The position numbers were made by a program, and so were the translations under genes. Source: an uncultured SAR116 cluster alpha proteobacterium (GTDB taxonomy: Bacteria; Pseudomonadota; Alphaproteobacteria; Puniceispirillales; Marisalimonadaceae). From it: 64,000 nucleotides of DNA. This document shows positions 37,166 to 50,557 of the stretch, one piece after another (the first letter of the stretch is position 1; each line of letters starts with the position of its first letter). Below the pieces are notes generated by a model, which did no database searches, was not told where the DNA came from, and was given only the letters and a program-made list of their open reading frames with translations. The stretch lies in contig CACNGC010000002.1 of NCBI GenBank assembly GCA_902619805.1, positions 19,538 to 83,537 on the forward strand, given 5' to 3'.

Positions 37166-38574
37166 AAATGTATCGCTTTGGAGTAGGTTGCTAAAGCCGC
37201 TTCTTTGACTGCCTCATTTACCGTAGGATGTCCATGACAAATTCTAGCCACATCCTCAGACGACGCACCAAATCCCATTGCAATAGATAACTCGTGTATT
37301 ACAGTCCCTGCCTCGTGGCCAATCATGTGAGCCCCTAGAATCTTATCTGTAGATTTATCTGATAGGATCTTTACCATGCCATCCGTATGTCTAATAGCTT
37401 TAGCTCTACTATTAGCCATTAGAGGAAATGTTCCTTTATTATAAGAAATACCTTCTGCTTTCAATTCTTCTTCTGTCTTGCCAATAACAGCAACTTCAGG
37501 TGAAGTATATATGATACCTGGCACAAGATTGTAATCAACGTGGCCAGCTTCCCCATTCATTATTTCTACAGCCGCGACACCATCTTCTTCCGCTTTGTGA
37601 GCTAACATTGGTCCCTTAATTACATCACCAATTGCATAAATGTTTGATACTGAAGTTTGAAAATTTCTATTTGTTTCTATAAATCCGTGCTTGTCTATTT
37701 TCAAATTTAATTTTTCTATACCCAATCCATTAGTATTTGGTTTTCTTCCAACAGATACCAGCGCTACATCTGCATCTAATTCATTATGAGTATTGTTATT
37801 AATATCTTTTACTGAAAGCAATACTTTATCATTTATGATTTTCGCATTTTCAACCGAATGAGCTAATTTAAATTTAACACCTTGTTTTTGGAGTATTTTC
37901 ATAAAATTATTGGCTATTTCATCATCTATTCCTGGTAAAATTCTAGGGAGATATTCTACCACCTCAACTTCCGCTCCTAGTCTTCTCCAGACAGTACCCA
38001 TTTCAAGACCTATTATTCCAGCACCAATGACTATCATCTTTTGAGGAACCTTATCCAATTCTAGAGCACCTGTTGATGTTACAATTTTCTTCTCATCTAC
38101 ATTTATATTTGGAAGATTTGTAGATACAGATCCTGTAGCAATAATAATTTTATCTGCGTTTATTACTTCAGTTTCTTCACCATTCATAATTTCAATTTCG
38201 TTAGGAGATAAAATTTTAGCAGCACCAATGTATTTAGTAACTTTATTTTTTTTAAACAAGAAATCTATTCCTTTTGTTAGCTCGTCCACAATACCCAATT
38301 TCTTTTTAAGTAATTTTGGTAAATCAAGGCTTACTTCCTTGTATCTAATACCCCATTCATCATTACCATTCGATTTTATTGAATTTTCATATTGTTCCGA
38401 AGCATGTAATAATGCTTTAGATGGAATACATCCAACATTCAAACATGTCCCACCTAGAGTTTTTCGTTTTTCAATACAGGCAACTCTCATACCTTTTTGT
38501 GCTGCGACAATAGCAGCAACATAACCTCCAGGACCTGCACCAATTACAACAAGATCAAATTTTTTATCAGACAT
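37162..38574 (-). CDS. lpdA: Dihydrolipoyl dehydrogenase (E3)
   Basis: 470 aa. Motifs: VVIGAGPGGYVAA, the redox disulfide GGTCLNVGCIPSK and C-terminal HGHPTVNEA. Confidence 0.97.
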   Translation of the reverse strand: MSDKKFDLVVIGAGPGGYVAAIVAAQKGMRVACIEKRKTLGGTCLNVGCIPSKALLHASEQYENSIKSNGNDEWGIRYKEVSLDLPKLLKKKLGIVDELTKGIDFLFKKNKVTKYIGAAKILSPNEIEIMNGEETEVINADKIIIATGSVSTNLPNINVDEKKIVTSTGALELDKVPQKMIVIGAGIIGLEMGTVWRRLGAEVEVVEYLPRILPGIDDEIANNFMKILQKQGVKFKLAHSVENAKIINDKVLLSVKDINNNTHNELDADVALVSVGRKPNTNGLGIEKLNLKIDKHGFIETNRNFQTSVSNIYAIGDVIKGPMLAHKAEEDGVAAVEIMNGEAGHVDYNLVPGIIYTSPEVAVIGKTEEELKAEGISYNKGTFPLMANSRAKAIRHTDGMVKILSDKSTDKILGAHMIGHEAGTVIHELSIAMGFGASSEDVARICHGHPTVNEAVKEAALATYSKAIHF

Positions 38575-38595
38575 TAAACACCTATAACTTAAAAA

Positions 38596-39885
38596 CTATG
38601 CGCCTACTACAAGACGTCTAGGATCTTCTATTATTTCTTTTATCCTAACTAAAAAAGAGACTGCTTCACGGCCATCTATGATTCTATGATCATATGATAG
38701 CGCTAAATACATCATTGGTCTAATCTCAATATTATCACCTATTGCAACTGGTCTTTTTTGAATTTTGTGCATTCCTAAAATACCAGATTGGGGTGGATTT
38801 AAAATTGGTGAAGACATTAATGATCCATAGACACCACCATTTGAGATAGTAAAAGTTCCACCTGCCATGTCAGACATTGCTAAATTACCTTCTTTTGCTT
38901 TTTTGCCAAATTCAGCAATTGTTGCTTCAGTTTCACCAAAAGACATTTTATTTGCATTTTTTAAAACAGGAACAACCAAACCTTGGGGCGTGCCAACAGC
39001 AACACCAATATTATAGTAATTCTTATAAATAATATCATTACCATCTATTTCCGCATTCACAGCTGGAAATTCACTCAGAGCGTCTATCGATGCTTTAACA
39101 AAAAAGCTCATATAACCTAGTCTTACACCATTCTTCTTTTCAAAACTTTCTTGATAATTTTTACGCATTTCCATTAGCGCTGACATGTCAACTTCATTGT
39201 ATGTTGTTAACATAGCTGCAGTATTTTGGGCTTCTTTTAGTCTCCTTGCAATAGCTTGACGAAGACGAGACATTGGAATTCTCTCTTCAAGGTTAATATT
39301 ATCATTAATGCGAGTGTTTTCTGCTGGTTGGTCATTAGATACAAATTCAAGATTATTGGTAGTTGGCTTTTCTTTTTCTACTTCTTCAGCTTTGACTTCC
39401 TCAGAGATTCTTTCATTTTTATCTTGTTTTTCTCCAGCAATTATTGTTCCTAATAAAGCTCCCACTTCTACTGTGTCTCCCTCAGAAACTAGAATATTTT
39501 CTAATATTCCCGTAATAGATGAAGGAACTTCTAGAGTGACCTTGTCTGTTTCTAATTCTACAATTGGATCATCAACTTCAACATAGTCACCTTGTTTCTT
39601 TATCCACTTAGAAACAGTTGCCTCAACAACAGACTCTCCTAAAACTGGTACTATTACATCCATACCATTTTCCTTTCCTTTAAGAATATTTTTTTTGGGT
39701 TTAAAGGTTTCCTCTTCTGATCTATTATTTTTAATTAAGTTTAAGTGAAGAAGAACATCCCCTTTTGTAACTCTACCATCAACACCCGTTCCAATTATGG
39801 TGTTTATATCTATTTTTTTTTCTTCTATAAGTTTTGCGGCAGAGGGCATTGCAAGCTTTTGAATAATTTTATTTTTTTTATTCAT
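38596..39885 (-). CDS. sucB: Dihydrolipoyllysine-residue succinyltransferase (E2o) with atypical domain order
   Basis: 429 aa. The lipoyl domain (ELETDKV) occupies residues about 75-150. The catalytic domain carries the SYDHRIIDG motif. An E3-binding (PSBD)-like segment [31 protein letters not shown] lies at residues about 13-50, upstream of the lipoyl domain. Confidence 0.95.
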   Translation of the reverse strand: MNKKNKIIQKLAMPSAAKLIEEKKIDINTIIGTGVDGRVTKGDVLLHLNLIKNNRSEEETFKPKKNILKGKENGMDVIVPVLGESVVEATVSKWIKKQGDYVEVDDPIVELETDKVTLEVPSSITGILENILVSEGDTVEVGALLGTIIAGEKQDKNERISEEVKAEEVEKEKPTTNNLEFVSNDQPAENTRINDNINLEERIPMSRLRQAIARRLKEAQNTAAMLTTYNEVDMSALMEMRKNYQESFEKKNGVRLGYMSFFVKASIDALSEFPAVNAEIDGNDIIYKNYYNIGVAVGTPQGLVVPVLKNANKMSFGETEATIAEFGKKAKEGNLAMSDMAGGTFTISNGGVYGSLMSSPILNPPQSGILGMHKIQKRPVAIGDNIEIRPMMYLALSYDHRIIDGREAVSFLVRIKEIIEDPRRLVVGA

Positions 39886-39893
39886 TAAAACTT

Positions 39894-42788
39894 CTACTCT
39901 GCTGCATGTTTACTAGCTTTTTTTGTAGACAATTCTAGAGCATCATTTACTAAATCGATTTGCTCTTTGTTGTGTCTAGAAAAAGATCCTGTTGCTGGAG
40001 AAGCAGCTTCTGATCTTCCAGCGTAAATTGGTCTTGAGAATTTTGCTTTAATGTCAATTAGAACTTCTTCAATTCTTCTATCAACAAAAAACCATGCACC
40101 CATATTCTTCGGCTCTTCCTGACACCAAACGACTTCAACATTTGGAGTTTTTGATAACATTTCTTTTAATGTCTTCGAAGGAAAAGGATAAATCTGTTCC
40201 AGTCTAAGTATTCTAATATTATTAATTTTTCTCTTTTCTCTTTCTTCTAACAAATTATAAAACACTTTACCTGAACATATTACTACTCTTTTTATTTCAC
40301 TGTCCTTAAGCTTTGCATTTGGATCTCTAATGACTCTTCTAAATGCGGTTTGCTCTGCCATATCTGACAAACTAGATACACACATTTTATGTCTAAGTAA
40401 GCTCTTAGGTGTCATAATAATTAGAGGTTTTCGAAAATCTCGTTTTAGTTGCCTTCGCAATGCATGAAAATAGTTTGCAGGTGTGCTACAATTCAAAACC
40501 TGCATATTGTCTTCACCACAGAGCTGTAAATATCTTTCCAATCTAGCTGATGAATGCTCTGGTCCTTGACCTTCATAACCATGTGGTAAAAGCATAACCA
40601 AACCTGACATTCTTAACCATTTTGCCTCACCACTTGAAATAAATTGGTCAACTATGACTTGAGCACCATTGGCAAAATCTCCAAATTGGGCTTCCCACAT
40701 TACTAGAGCAGTTGGCTCAGTGAGCGAAAAACCATATTCAAATCCAAGCACTGAAGCTTCTGACAAAGGAGAATCAATTACTTCAAATATTTCTTGTTCA
40801 TCTTTTATATTATTTAAAGGAGTATACCTATTTTCAGAAATTTGATCTATGAAAACAGAATGTCTTTGAGAAAAAGTTCCTCTACCGCTATCCTGACCTG
40901 ACAACCTTACCGGATAACCCTCTAAAAGCAATGAGCCAAACGCGAGGTGTTCTGCAGTAGACCAGTCAATTCCTTCTCCAATTTCTATAGCTTTTTTTCG
41001 AGCATCTATAACTCTTGATAATTTTTTATTTATTTGAAAACTTTCAGGAACGGTTGTAATTGCCTTACCAATTTCTTTTAGCATTTCTGTTGGAACAGAA
41101 GTTTCCCCTCTTCTTGCATCACCATGAGCAGACCTTAAATTTGACCATTGTCCCTCTAACCAGTCAGCTTTATTTGGTTTGTAACTTGAGCCAGCTATAA
41201 ATTCTTTTTCTAAAAACTTGTTGTGATTCTCAACTTCGTCCTTAGCTTCCTTTTGAGTTATTATTCCTTGATTTATTAGCTTTTGAGCATAAATCTTACT
41301 TATACTATCATGAGAACCTATTGTTTTATACATTACTGGTTGAGTGAATGCCGGTTCATCACCTTCATTGTGACCATAACGTCTGTAACTTATAATATCT
41401 AACACTACGTCACATGCAAATTTTTGCCTGAATTCAGTTGCAATTCTGGAGGCGTGAACCACAGCCTCTGGGTCATCTCCATTTACATGCATTATTGGAG
41501 CCATTACCATTTTAGCTACATCAGTACAATAAGGACTAGAGCGTGAATAATTTGGGCTAGTAGTGAAGCCAATTTGGTTATTAACAACTATGTGTATTGT
41601 TCCACCAGTCCTGTAGCCTCTAAGACCTGAAAAATCAAAAGTTTCAGCTACTATACCCTGACCTGCAAAAGCAGCGTCACCATGTAAAACAATACCTAAT
41701 ACAGACAGTCTGTCATTCGTATCATTATGTTGGTTTTGTTTTGCTCTAACTCTACCTATTACAACTGGTGCAACAACCTCTAGATGTGAAGGATTAGCTT
41801 GCAAAGATAAGTGAACTGTTTTTCCATCAAACTCTCTGTCAGCTGATGCTCCCATGTGGTACTTAACATCGCCAGAACCTCCAGCATCTTCGGGATTTGC
41901 CTGGTTACCTAAAAATTCAGAAATAATTGCTCGAAAAGGTTTGTTTAAAATATTGTACAACAGGTTAAGTCTTCCTCTGTGAGCCATTGCTATTACAACT
42001 TCTTTCATACCTAACTGGCTACCACGTTTCAATATTTGCTCAATTGCAGGTACAACTGACTCTGATCCATCTAAACCAAATCTTTTTGTTCCTGCGTATT
42101 TTTTATGAAGAAATTGTTCAAAAGTTTCTGCTCTAACTAAACGTTCATATATAGCTTTTTTACCTCTTTTAGTAAATTCTGTAGCATTGCGAATTGACTC
42201 AATTCTTTCTTGTATCCATGCTTTCTGAGCTGGATCCTGAACATGCATAAATTCAATTCCTATTGAGCCACAATAAGTTTCTTTCAGTATTTCCATAATT
42301 TGTCTGAGAGTAGCCGATTCCATACCTAGTACATTGTCTATAAAAATAGGTCTGTCCCAGTCATTATCATTAAATCCATATGTTTTCGGGTCTAATTCAG
42401 GGTGAATATTCTGATCTTGTAAATCGAGGGGATCTAATTTAGCTAAAAGATGTCCGTTTATTCTGTATGCTCTAATAAGCATAATAGCTCTAATAGAATC
42501 AGTCGTTGCCGCTCTCAAATCTGTTGCAGATAAGTTACCTTTTCCCGCAATTCCTCGAGCAACAGCTTTTACACTTTCAACAGTATCTACAGCTCCAATA
42601 ACTTTACTATTCTTTTTGGCCCAGCTAGGTCCTACATCAAGTAATTTGTCATCTGCATTCGTTTTAAACCATAAATCCCATTCTTTTGGAACTGAATTTG
42701 AGTTTTCTTTCCATTCTTTATACAAATCATTAATGAAGGTAGCATTAGCACCAGAAAGAAAGCTTTGGTCAGAGCTTTGGTCGTTCAT
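39894..42788 (-). CDS. sucA: 2-oxoglutarate dehydrogenase E1 component
   Basis: 964 aa. Motifs: [29 protein letters not shown] and [14 protein letters not shown]. Confidence 0.97.
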   Translation of the reverse strand: MNDQSSDQSFLSGANATFINDLYKEWKENSNSVPKEWDLWFKTNADDKLLDVGPSWAKKNSKVIGAVDTVESVKAVARGIAGKGNLSATDLRAATTDSIRAIMLIRAYRINGHLLAKLDPLDLQDQNIHPELDPKTYGFNDNDWDRPIFIDNVLGMESATLRQIMEILKETYCGSIGIEFMHVQDPAQKAWIQERIESIRNATEFTKRGKKAIYERLVRAETFEQFLHKKYAGTKRFGLDGSESVVPAIEQILKRGSQLGMKEVVIAMAHRGRLNLLYNILNKPFRAIISEFLGNQANPEDAGGSGDVKYHMGASADREFDGKTVHLSLQANPSHLEVVAPVVIGRVRAKQNQHNDTNDRLSVLGIVLHGDAAFAGQGIVAETFDFSGLRGYRTGGTIHIVVNNQIGFTTSPNYSRSSPYCTDVAKMVMAPIMHVNGDDPEAVVHASRIATEFRQKFACDVVLDIISYRRYGHNEGDEPAFTQPVMYKTIGSHDSISKIYAQKLINQGIITQKEAKDEVENHNKFLEKEFIAGSSYKPNKADWLEGQWSNLRSAHGDARRGETSVPTEMLKEIGKAITTVPESFQINKKLSRVIDARKKAIEIGEGIDWSTAEHLAFGSLLLEGYPVRLSGQDSGRGTFSQRHSVFIDQISENRYTPLNNIKDEQEIFEVIDSPLSEASVLGFEYGFSLTEPTALVMWEAQFGDFANGAQVIVDQFISSGEAKWLRMSGLVMLLPHGYEGQGPEHSSARLERYLQLCGEDNMQVLNCSTPANYFHALRRQLKRDFRKPLIIMTPKSLLRHKMCVSSLSDMAEQTAFRRVIRDPNAKLKDSEIKRVVICSGKVFYNLLEEREKRKINNIRILRLEQIYPFPSKTLKEMLSKTPNVEVVWCQEEPKNMGAWFFVDRRIEEVLIDIKAKFSRPIYAGRSEAASPATGSFSRHNKEQIDLVNDALELSTKKASKHAAE

Positions 42789-42857
42789 GGTTTATAGTCC
42801 TTTTAAAATGTCTAATCCTTAGATTACAATAAACAAAAACTTATCAATTAAATCAAG

Positions 42858-43739
42858 TTATTTCCATTCTTCTATTGCCTTTACAACAGCTTCACCCAAG
42901 CCCGATGGAGATTCTGACATTATAAAACCACAGTCACTCATGACTTTAACCTTGGCATCTGCACCTCCACTTCCACCGCTAACTATTGCGCCAGCATGAC
43001 CCATTGTTCTTCCTGGAGGAGCAGTTTTCCCAGCAATAAAACCCGCAATTGGTTTTTTAATTTTATGATTTTTATAGAAATTTGCTGCTTCTTCTTCTGC
43101 ATTTCCACCAATTTCACCAATCATTAATATTGCTTCTGTCTGGTCATCATTTAGAAACATATCTAAGCAATCTATAAAATTTGTTCCATTAATTGGATCA
43201 CCACCAATGCCAATACACGTTGATTGACCTAAATTAGCAGCTGTAGTTTGTGCTACAGCTTCGTATGTTAATGTACCAGACCTAGAAACAATTCCGATTT
43301 TACCTGGAGTGTGAATATGTCCCGGCATAATTCCAATTTTACATTGATTAGGGGTAATTACACCTGGACAGTTAGGACCTATAAGTCTTGAGTCTGACTG
43401 TTTTAAAAACTGTTTAACTTTGATCATATCTTGGACTGGAATACCTTCCGTTATGCAAATTATTAGAGGTACTTTTGATGCTATTGCCTCTAATATTGAG
43501 TCAGCAGCAAATGGAGGAGGGACATATATAACTGTTGCATCTGGATTTACTTCGTCGACGCACTCTTGGACAGTATTAAAAACAGGAAGATTTAAATGTT
43601 TAGTGCCACCTTTACCTGGGGTAACTCCTCCAACCATTTTAGTACCGTATGCAATCGCTTGTTCTGAATGAAAAGTTCCTTGGCCTCCTGTGAAACCCTG
43701 GCAAATAACTTTTGTATTTTTGTTTATCAATACAGACAT
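42858..43739 (-). CDS. sucD: Succinyl-CoA ligase subunit alpha
   Basis: 293 aa. Motifs: [15 protein letters not shown] and MGHAGAI (phospho-His). Confidence 0.97.
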   Translation of the reverse strand: MSVLINKNTKVICQGFTGGQGTFHSEQAIAYGTKMVGGVTPGKGGTKHLNLPVFNTVQECVDEVNPDATVIYVPPPFAADSILEAIASKVPLIICITEGIPVQDMIKVKQFLKQSDSRLIGPNCPGVITPNQCKIGIMPGHIHTPGKIGIVSRSGTLTYEAVAQTTAANLGQSTCIGIGGDPINGTNFIDCLDMFLNDDQTEAILMIGEIGGNAEEEAANFYKNHKIKKPIAGFIAGKTAPPGRTMGHAGAIVSGGSGGADAKVKVMSDCGFIMSESPSGLGEAVVKAIEEWK

Positions 43740-43743
43740 CTAA

Positions 43744-44910
43744 CTAATCTCCTTTAACAGCACTAACAATTTTCATTGCCGCCTCATCTAAGTCATCCGC
43801 AGGTATAATTTTCAATCCAGAATCTCTAAGAATCTGTTTACCTTCTTCTACATTTGTACCAGCTAATCTTACAACCAAAGGTTTTGATAATGATAGTGTT
43901 TTAGCAGCAGCAACCACCCCACTAGCAATGATGTCACAACGCATTATACCTCCAAAAATATTTACCAAAATACCTTCTACCGCTGGATCAGATAAAATGA
44001 TTTTAAAAGCTTCAGTAACTTTTTCCTTAGTGGCACTACCTCCAACATCTAAAAAGTTTGCGGGAGATGCACCTTTTAGTTTAATGATATCCATTGTAGC
44101 CATCGCAAGACCTGCGCCATTTACTAAACAGCCTATTGTTCCGTCAAGTTTTATATAAGCTAAGTCAAATTTACTTGCTAATATTTCAGCAGGATCTTCT
44201 TCAGTTTCGTCTCTTAAGGATATTATATCTGAGTTTTTAAATAATGCATTATTGTCAAAAGACATTTTTGCATCTAAAGCAATTAAACTATTTTCGGAGG
44301 TTAATACAAGTGGGTTAATTTCTAACAAACTAGCATCTTTTTCAGTAAATAGTTTATATAATTGATTAAAAAACTTACCTGCTTGTTTAAAACTAGATCC
44401 TTCTAATTTGAGTTCATTCGCTATTAATCGTGCATGAAAAGGTTGAAAGCCAATTGTTGGATCTATATTGAATGATAAAATTTTCTCAGGGGTTTCTTTT
44501 GCGACTTGTTCAATATCCATACCACCTTCAGTAGATGCTATTACTGAAACTCTACTAGTAGCTCGGTCTACAACCATAGAAAAGTAATATTCAGCGCTTA
44601 TATCACATCCATCCTCAATATAGAGTCTTTGAACTAATTTTCCCTCAGAACCCGTTTGATGAGTAATTAATTTTTTTCCTAAAATTGTTTCAGCAGAGTT
44701 TTTAACTTCATCTAAATCTTTTACAACTTTTACACCGCCAGCTTTACCTCTTCCACCAGCATGTATTTGAGCTTTTACCACAAAAACTGGCCCAGGTAAT
44801 TTTTTAGCTGCTTTAATAGCTTCATCAATTGTAAATGCTACGTATCCAGCTGGCGTAGGTATATTATATTGTCTTAATAACTCTTTTGCCTGATGTTCAT
44901 GAATATTCAA
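43744..44910 (-). CDS. sucC: Succinyl-CoA ligase subunit beta
   Basis: 388 aa with a TTG start. Motifs: [29 protein letters not shown] and [10 protein letters not shown]. Confidence 0.97.
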   Translation of the reverse strand: MNIHEHQAKELLRQYNIPTPAGYVAFTIDEAIKAAKKLPGPVFVVKAQIHAGGRGKAGGVKVVKDLDEVKNSAETILGKKLITHQTGSEGKLVQRLYIEDGCDISAEYYFSMVVDRATSRVSVIASTEGGMDIEQVAKETPEKILSFNIDPTIGFQPFHARLIANELKLEGSSFKQAGKFFNQLYKLFTEKDASLLEINPLVLTSENSLIALDAKMSFDNNALFKNSDIISLRDETEEDPAEILASKFDLAYIKLDGTIGCLVNGAGLAMATMDIIKLKGASPANFLDVGGSATKEKVTEAFKIILSDPAVEGILVNIFGGIMRCDIIASGVVAAAKTLSLSKPLVVRLAGTNVEEGKQILRDSGLKIIPADDLDEAAMKIVSAVKGD

Positions 44911-44934
44911 AACTTTTACCTTTCTATACTGAGC

Positions 44935-45900
<966 letters not shown>

Positions 45901-46012
45901 TTAATTTTTTAATTGAGTTAATCTATTAATCTAAATTTAAATTGTTATTATCGTCTAATCTTTTAGACTTTTTTTTAAAGTGCATCAAGGTCAGAATATA
46001 AGTTATTAACTT

Positions 46013-47083
46013 TTAAATTTGTGACATTTCAGTTATTCTTGAGATAGTTCTTTGAAATTCAAACTTCCAATGTTCGCCTGTGTATATATCAGAAAAATCA
46101 GCGTTTGCATTGGCTATGAGGAAACAGTTTTTATCATAAAGAGCATCTACTAGCCATATAAATCTTCTAGTTTCATTTCGAAGATTATCATTTAAACTTG
46201 GAATGTTATCTATAATAATACCTTTATATCTTAGCGCTATTTCAATATAATCAGCGGCAGCTAATGGTTTATTACATAAATCATCAAAACTGATTCTCGC
46301 AACACCTGCGGCAACTTTTGGAATCTTTATTTTTCTTCCAGACACTTCAACATTTTCAGATATTGTTTCAAAGCCTGCAGATAAATTTTTAAATATTTCG
46401 TTGATTTTTTCTTTATTTTTTTTATTAACTGGACTTAACCAATATTTTTGGCCACTAAGAGATCTTTTTCTCCAATCTTCTCCCACTGGCATTTCAACAA
46501 TGTCAGTTTTTAGTTTTAAATTTTCTATAAATGGTAAAATTCTATCTCTATGCAATCCATCTTTATATAAACCATCTGGTGGTTGATTTGATGTTGTAAC
46601 TAATATTGTCCCTTGATCAAACATAACTTCAAATAGTCGAGATAAAATCATTGCATCCGCAATATCTTTTACTTCCATTTCGTCAAAGCAAAGTAATTTC
46701 GCCTTCCTAGCCAAATCTTGTCCTACTAGAAGAACTGTATCTTTATTTTTTTCAATTTTTCTTTTTTCAAGAATTCTTTGATGAACTTCCTTCATAAAAT
46801 CATGAAAGTGTAAACGTCTTTTTTCTTTTATTTGAACTTGGTAAAAAAATAAATCCATCATCATTGATTTACCTCTACCAACACCACCATAAAGATAAAG
46901 ACCTCTAATATCTGTAGTATTATTTTTTATAAGAATTCTAGTAATAAAACTTTTTGTTTCAAAGTTATTTAATTTACCTAATAAATTATCAAAGAATTTT
47001 GAAATATAGGTCTGACCCATATCAAAATTTATTGATTTTTTTAAAGCTATTTTACTTAGTGAATTTTCTTCAATTTTATTCAA
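46013..47083 (-). CDS. zapE: ZapE/AFG1-family P-loop ATPase
   Basis: 356 aa. Walker A YLYGGVGRGKSMMMD and Walker B LLCFDEMEV. It occupies the conserved position between sdhB and mdh. Confidence 0.85.
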   Translation of the reverse strand: MNKIEENSLSKIALKKSINFDMGQTYISKFFDNLLGKLNNFETKSFITRILIKNNTTDIRGLYLYGGVGRGKSMMMDLFFYQVQIKEKRRLHFHDFMKEVHQRILEKRKIEKNKDTVLLVGQDLARKAKLLCFDEMEVKDIADAMILSRLFEVMFDQGTILVTTSNQPPDGLYKDGLHRDRILPFIENLKLKTDIVEMPVGEDWRKRSLSGQKYWLSPVNKKNKEKINEIFKNLSAGFETISENVEVSGRKIKIPKVAAGVARISFDDLCNKPLAAADYIEIALRYKGIIIDNIPSLNDNLRNETRRFIWLVDALYDKNCFLIANANADFSDIYTGEHWKFEFQRTISRITEMSQI

Positions 47084-47112
47084 AATATCAGCCGCACAAA
47101 AAGACTTAAAAC

Positions 47113-47892
47113 TTACTTTCTTTCAAGTTGTAGTTTTTTAATTTCACCTATCGCTTTAGCTGGGTTTAATCCCTTAGGACAAGTTTTAGTGCAATTCATA
47201 ATGGTATGACAACGATAAAGTTTAAATGAGTCTTCAAGTTCTTCAAGTCTTTGTTCAGTATTTTCGTCCCTACTATCAGCAATCCACCTATATGCCTGCA
47301 ACAAGACAGCAGGACCTAGATATTTGTCTCCGTTCCACCAATAAGAAGGACAAGAAGTTGAACACGAAAAACAAAGAACACATTCCCAAAGTCCATCTAT
47401 CTTCTCTCTTTGCTCTGGAGATTGTTTTCTTGACTTTCCATCTTCAGGTTTAGTTTTACTTTGAAGCCAAGGTTTTACAGATGTTAATTGTTCATATGCT
47501 TTAGATAAATCTGGAACCAGATCTTTTACCACCTCCATATGAGGAAGTGGATATATATTAATATCGCCTTTTACATCTTCAATTGATTTCAAGCATGCAA
47601 GAGTATTCGTTCCGTCTATATTCATTGAACATGAACCACAAATTCCTTCCCTACAAGAACGTCTAAAAGTTAAGCTAGAATCTATCTCTTGTTTAATCTT
47701 TATTAGAGCGTCTAAAACCATGGGACCACATTGATCTAAATCAATGGTGTAAGTGTCAATCCTGGGATTTTCGTCATCATCAGGAGACCACCTATAAACA
47801 TTGACCTTCTTAGGGTTTGCTGCTTCAGTTTCAAGATGATATTCTTTACCTTTAACAATTTTTGAGTGTTTTGGAAGTGCAAATTCTGCCAA
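47113..47892 (-). CDS. sdhB: Succinate dehydrogenase iron-sulfur subunit
   Basis: 259 aa with a TTG start. Three Cys clusters: [27 protein letters not shown] and [12 protein letters not shown]. Confidence 0.97.
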   Translation of the reverse strand: MAEFALPKHSKIVKGKEYHLETEAANPKKVNVYRWSPDDDENPRIDTYTIDLDQCGPMVLDALIKIKQEIDSSLTFRRSCREGICGSCSMNIDGTNTLACLKSIEDVKGDINIYPLPHMEVVKDLVPDLSKAYEQLTSVKPWLQSKTKPEDGKSRKQSPEQREKIDGLWECVLCFSCSTSCPSYWWNGDKYLGPAVLLQAYRWIADSRDENTEQRLEELEDSFKLYRCHTIMNCTKTCPKGLNPAKAIGEIKKLQLERK

Positions 47893-47908
47893 CTATTTCT
47901 CCTATGAC

Positions 47909-49699
47909 TTAGTAAACTCTGGCAGCAGGCGGTACAGTTGCAACTTCATTAGTTAAAGTATTTAAATGTACGTCTCTGTAATCTAGCTTGGTTTTATTTT
48001 TATCATTGAGCCACATAATTGTATGCTTCATCCAATTTTTGTCATCCCTTTCAGGAAAATCTTCATGTGAATGTGCACCCCTTGATTCCTTTCTCTGATC
48101 AGCTGATTTCATTGTCACAATAGCCTGTTGCATTAAGTTTTCTAATTCTAAAGCCTCAACAAGATCTGTATTAAAAATCATTGATCTATCTTTTATACCT
48201 ATATTTTCTATTCCCTTTGAAATAGTATCAACTTTTTTTACACCTTCTGTCATTGAATTGTTAGACCTAAATACAGCTGCATGTTTTTGCATAGCGTTTT
48301 GCATGGAGTTTCTTATCTCACCAACAGAGGTGTCCCCTTTAGAAAATCTAATCTTATTTAGTCTTGCAATAATTTTATCTGTAACATGTTTAGGAAGTGG
48401 TGCGTGAAAGCTACCTTTTTCGACTGTTTTTAGAGCTCTTTGAGCGGCCGCTCTACCAAATACCACAATGTCAAGTAAAGAATTAGTTCCTAATCTATTA
48501 GCTCCATGAACAGAAACACAGGCAGCTTCTCCAATAGCCATTAGACCAGAAACTACAGAATTTTGGTCGTCGCCTCTTCTTGTTACTACTTCACCATGAT
48601 AATTTGTTGGTATTCCACCCATATTATAATGAACAGTTGGTAAAACTGGAATAGGCTCCTTAGTCACGTCAACTCCACAGAAAATTTTTGCTGTTTCGCT
48701 AATACCAGGTAACCTCATATGTAAGGTAGCAGGATCAATATGCTCTAAATGCATAAATATATGGTCTTTATTAGGGCCAACTCCTCTACCTTCATTAATC
48801 TCTATTGTCATTGATCTTGATACCACATCTCTACTTGCAAGATCTTTAGCGGTTGGAGCATATCTTTCCATAAATCTTTCACCTTCAGAATTTGTAAGGT
48901 AACCTCCTTCACCTCGAGATCCTTCAGTTATAAGAACACCAGCACCGTATACACCAGTAGGGTGAAATTGAACAAATTCCATATCTTGGAGGGGTAAGCC
49001 AGCTCTTAAAACCATAGCATTCCCGTCACCTGTGCAAGTATGAGCAGAAGTACAAGAAAAGTAAACTCTTCCATACCCACCTGTTGCCAATACCGTTTGG
49101 TGACCTCTAAACCTGTGAATTTTACCATCATCCATACATAAAGCTAACACACCAACACATTTGCCATTATCATCCATCAATAAATCTAAAGCTATATATT
49201 CAATGAAGAACTCTGCCTGATACTTCAAACATTGTTGGTAAAGCGTATGTAAAATAGCATGTCCTGTTCTGTCAGCGGCTGCACAAGCTCTTCTTGCCAT
49301 TTTTTTTCCATAGTCTAATGTATGACCACCAAAAGGTCTCTGGTATACTTCACCATCCTCAGTTCTGGAAAATGGAACACCAAAATTTTCTAATTCCGTT
49401 ACTGATGGAATAGCTTCTTTACACATGTATTCGATAGCATCTTGGTCTCCAAGCCAATCAGAACCCTTAACTGTATCATACATGTGAAATTGCCAGCTAT
49501 CGTTTTCACCCATATTATTTAATGCAGCACCTATTCCACCTTGGGCAGCAACCGTATGACTTCTTGTGGGAAAAACTTTAGTAATACATGCTGTTTTAAG
49601 CCCTCCAGATACCATTCCTAGAGTTGCTCTCAATCCAGCACCACCTGCACCAACAACCACAACATCATGTTCATGGTCTATAATTTCATAATCCGACAT
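47909..49699 (-). CDS. sdhA: Succinate dehydrogenase flavoprotein subunit
   Basis: 596 aa. Motifs: [23 protein letters not shown] (FAD-His) and HPTG. Confidence 0.97.
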   Translation of the reverse strand: MSDYEIIDHEHDVVVVGAGGAGLRATLGMVSGGLKTACITKVFPTRSHTVAAQGGIGAALNNMGENDSWQFHMYDTVKGSDWLGDQDAIEYMCKEAIPSVTELENFGVPFSRTEDGEVYQRPFGGHTLDYGKKMARRACAAADRTGHAILHTLYQQCLKYQAEFFIEYIALDLLMDDNGKCVGVLALCMDDGKIHRFRGHQTVLATGGYGRVYFSCTSAHTCTGDGNAMVLRAGLPLQDMEFVQFHPTGVYGAGVLITEGSRGEGGYLTNSEGERFMERYAPTAKDLASRDVVSRSMTIEINEGRGVGPNKDHIFMHLEHIDPATLHMRLPGISETAKIFCGVDVTKEPIPVLPTVHYNMGGIPTNYHGEVVTRRGDDQNSVVSGLMAIGEAACVSVHGANRLGTNSLLDIVVFGRAAAQRALKTVEKGSFHAPLPKHVTDKIIARLNKIRFSKGDTSVGEIRNSMQNAMQKHAAVFRSNNSMTEGVKKVDTISKGIENIGIKDRSMIFNTDLVEALELENLMQQAIVTMKSADQRKESRGAHSHEDFPERDDKNWMKHTIMWLNDKNKTKLDYRDVHLNTLTNEVATVPPAARVY

Positions 49700-49715
49700 T
49701 GATTGACTTTCTTAG

Positions 49716-50057
49716 TTATAAATAAATCTTTAATACGCACAATATTGATAGAACGCCTAAAAGGACCGATAATAGTTTTATAACTATTAAAGACACAATT
49801 TTCAACCCCTCGTGATGAACATAATCCTCGATGACTACTTGTAAGCCTGATGAAGCGTGAAAATAGAGAGTACCAAATAAAAGAACCAAACCTGTAGCGT
49901 TGAATGGACTTTGCAACCATTCAATTGAACTATCATAACCCTTCATAATCGTTAACATCAAAGATGTTAAAAACCATATCACAAGAGGTATCATCGCAAT
50001 AGCAGATATTCTTTGTAATTTCCAGTGAGTAATTCCTGGTGTTTTTGGAGTTTTCAT
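49716..50057 (-). CDS. sdhD: Succinate dehydrogenase membrane anchor subunit
   Basis: 113 aa with 3 TM segments. It lies between sdhC and sdhA. Confidence 0.85.
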   Translation of the reverse strand: MKTPKTPGITHWKLQRISAIAMIPLVIWFLTSLMLTIMKGYDSSIEWLQSPFNATGLVLLFGTLYFHASSGLQVVIEDYVHHEGLKIVSLIVIKLLSVLLGVLSILCVLKIYL

Positions 50058-50097
50058 TAATGCAACCTATATGTTTACAATACTGTCATTCATAAAT

Positions 50098-50484
50098 TTA
50101 CACAATCTTGATATATATTATTAACCAGGTTAGGACAGTTAAAAATAATGATGAAAAAACAACAATACCGCCCGATATATAGGCTTGTTTCAAATCATAA
50201 CCATATCCAGCATCCCAAAATAAATGTCTTATGCCATTTGAAAGATGGTAGAAAAGTCCAAATGTAAAACCAAGTAATACCAGGTGACTAAACCAATGAT
50301 TAATAATTTTAGAATACATAAGATATGTTTCTCTACCTAAAGTTAGTGCTATGATCCAAGAAACCAAAATAACACTTCCCATTGACAATACAACACCTGT
50401 ACCCCTGTGAAGAATCGACAAAATAGAAGTTAATTGTGGTTTGTAAATTTGAAGATGTGGTGAAAGTGGTCTTTGCCTGCTCAT
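50098..50484 (-). CDS. sdhC: Succinate dehydrogenase cytochrome b556 subunit
   Basis: 128 aa. RPLSPHLQIYKPQLTSILSILHRGTG is the canonical SdhC N-terminus. Confidence 0.92.
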   Translation of the reverse strand: MSRQRPLSPHLQIYKPQLTSILSILHRGTGVVLSMGSVILVSWIIALTLGRETYLMYSKIINHWFSHLVLLGFTFGLFYHLSNGIRHLFWDAGYGYDLKQAYISGGIVVFSSLFLTVLTWLIIYIKIV

Positions 50485-50557
50485 TAGATTACCCTTGGGT
50501 TAATTTAAATATTAATGTAATAAGAACTCTCTAAAATTCAAATTTAAAATTCAAAAA

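Noticed and set aside
49678-49920. An 80-aa minus-strand ORF spanning the sdhD/sdhA junction.
   Set aside because: It is out of frame with and overlaps sdhD, which has the expected 3-TM anchor sequence, and it also overlaps the start of sdhA. It has no coding support.
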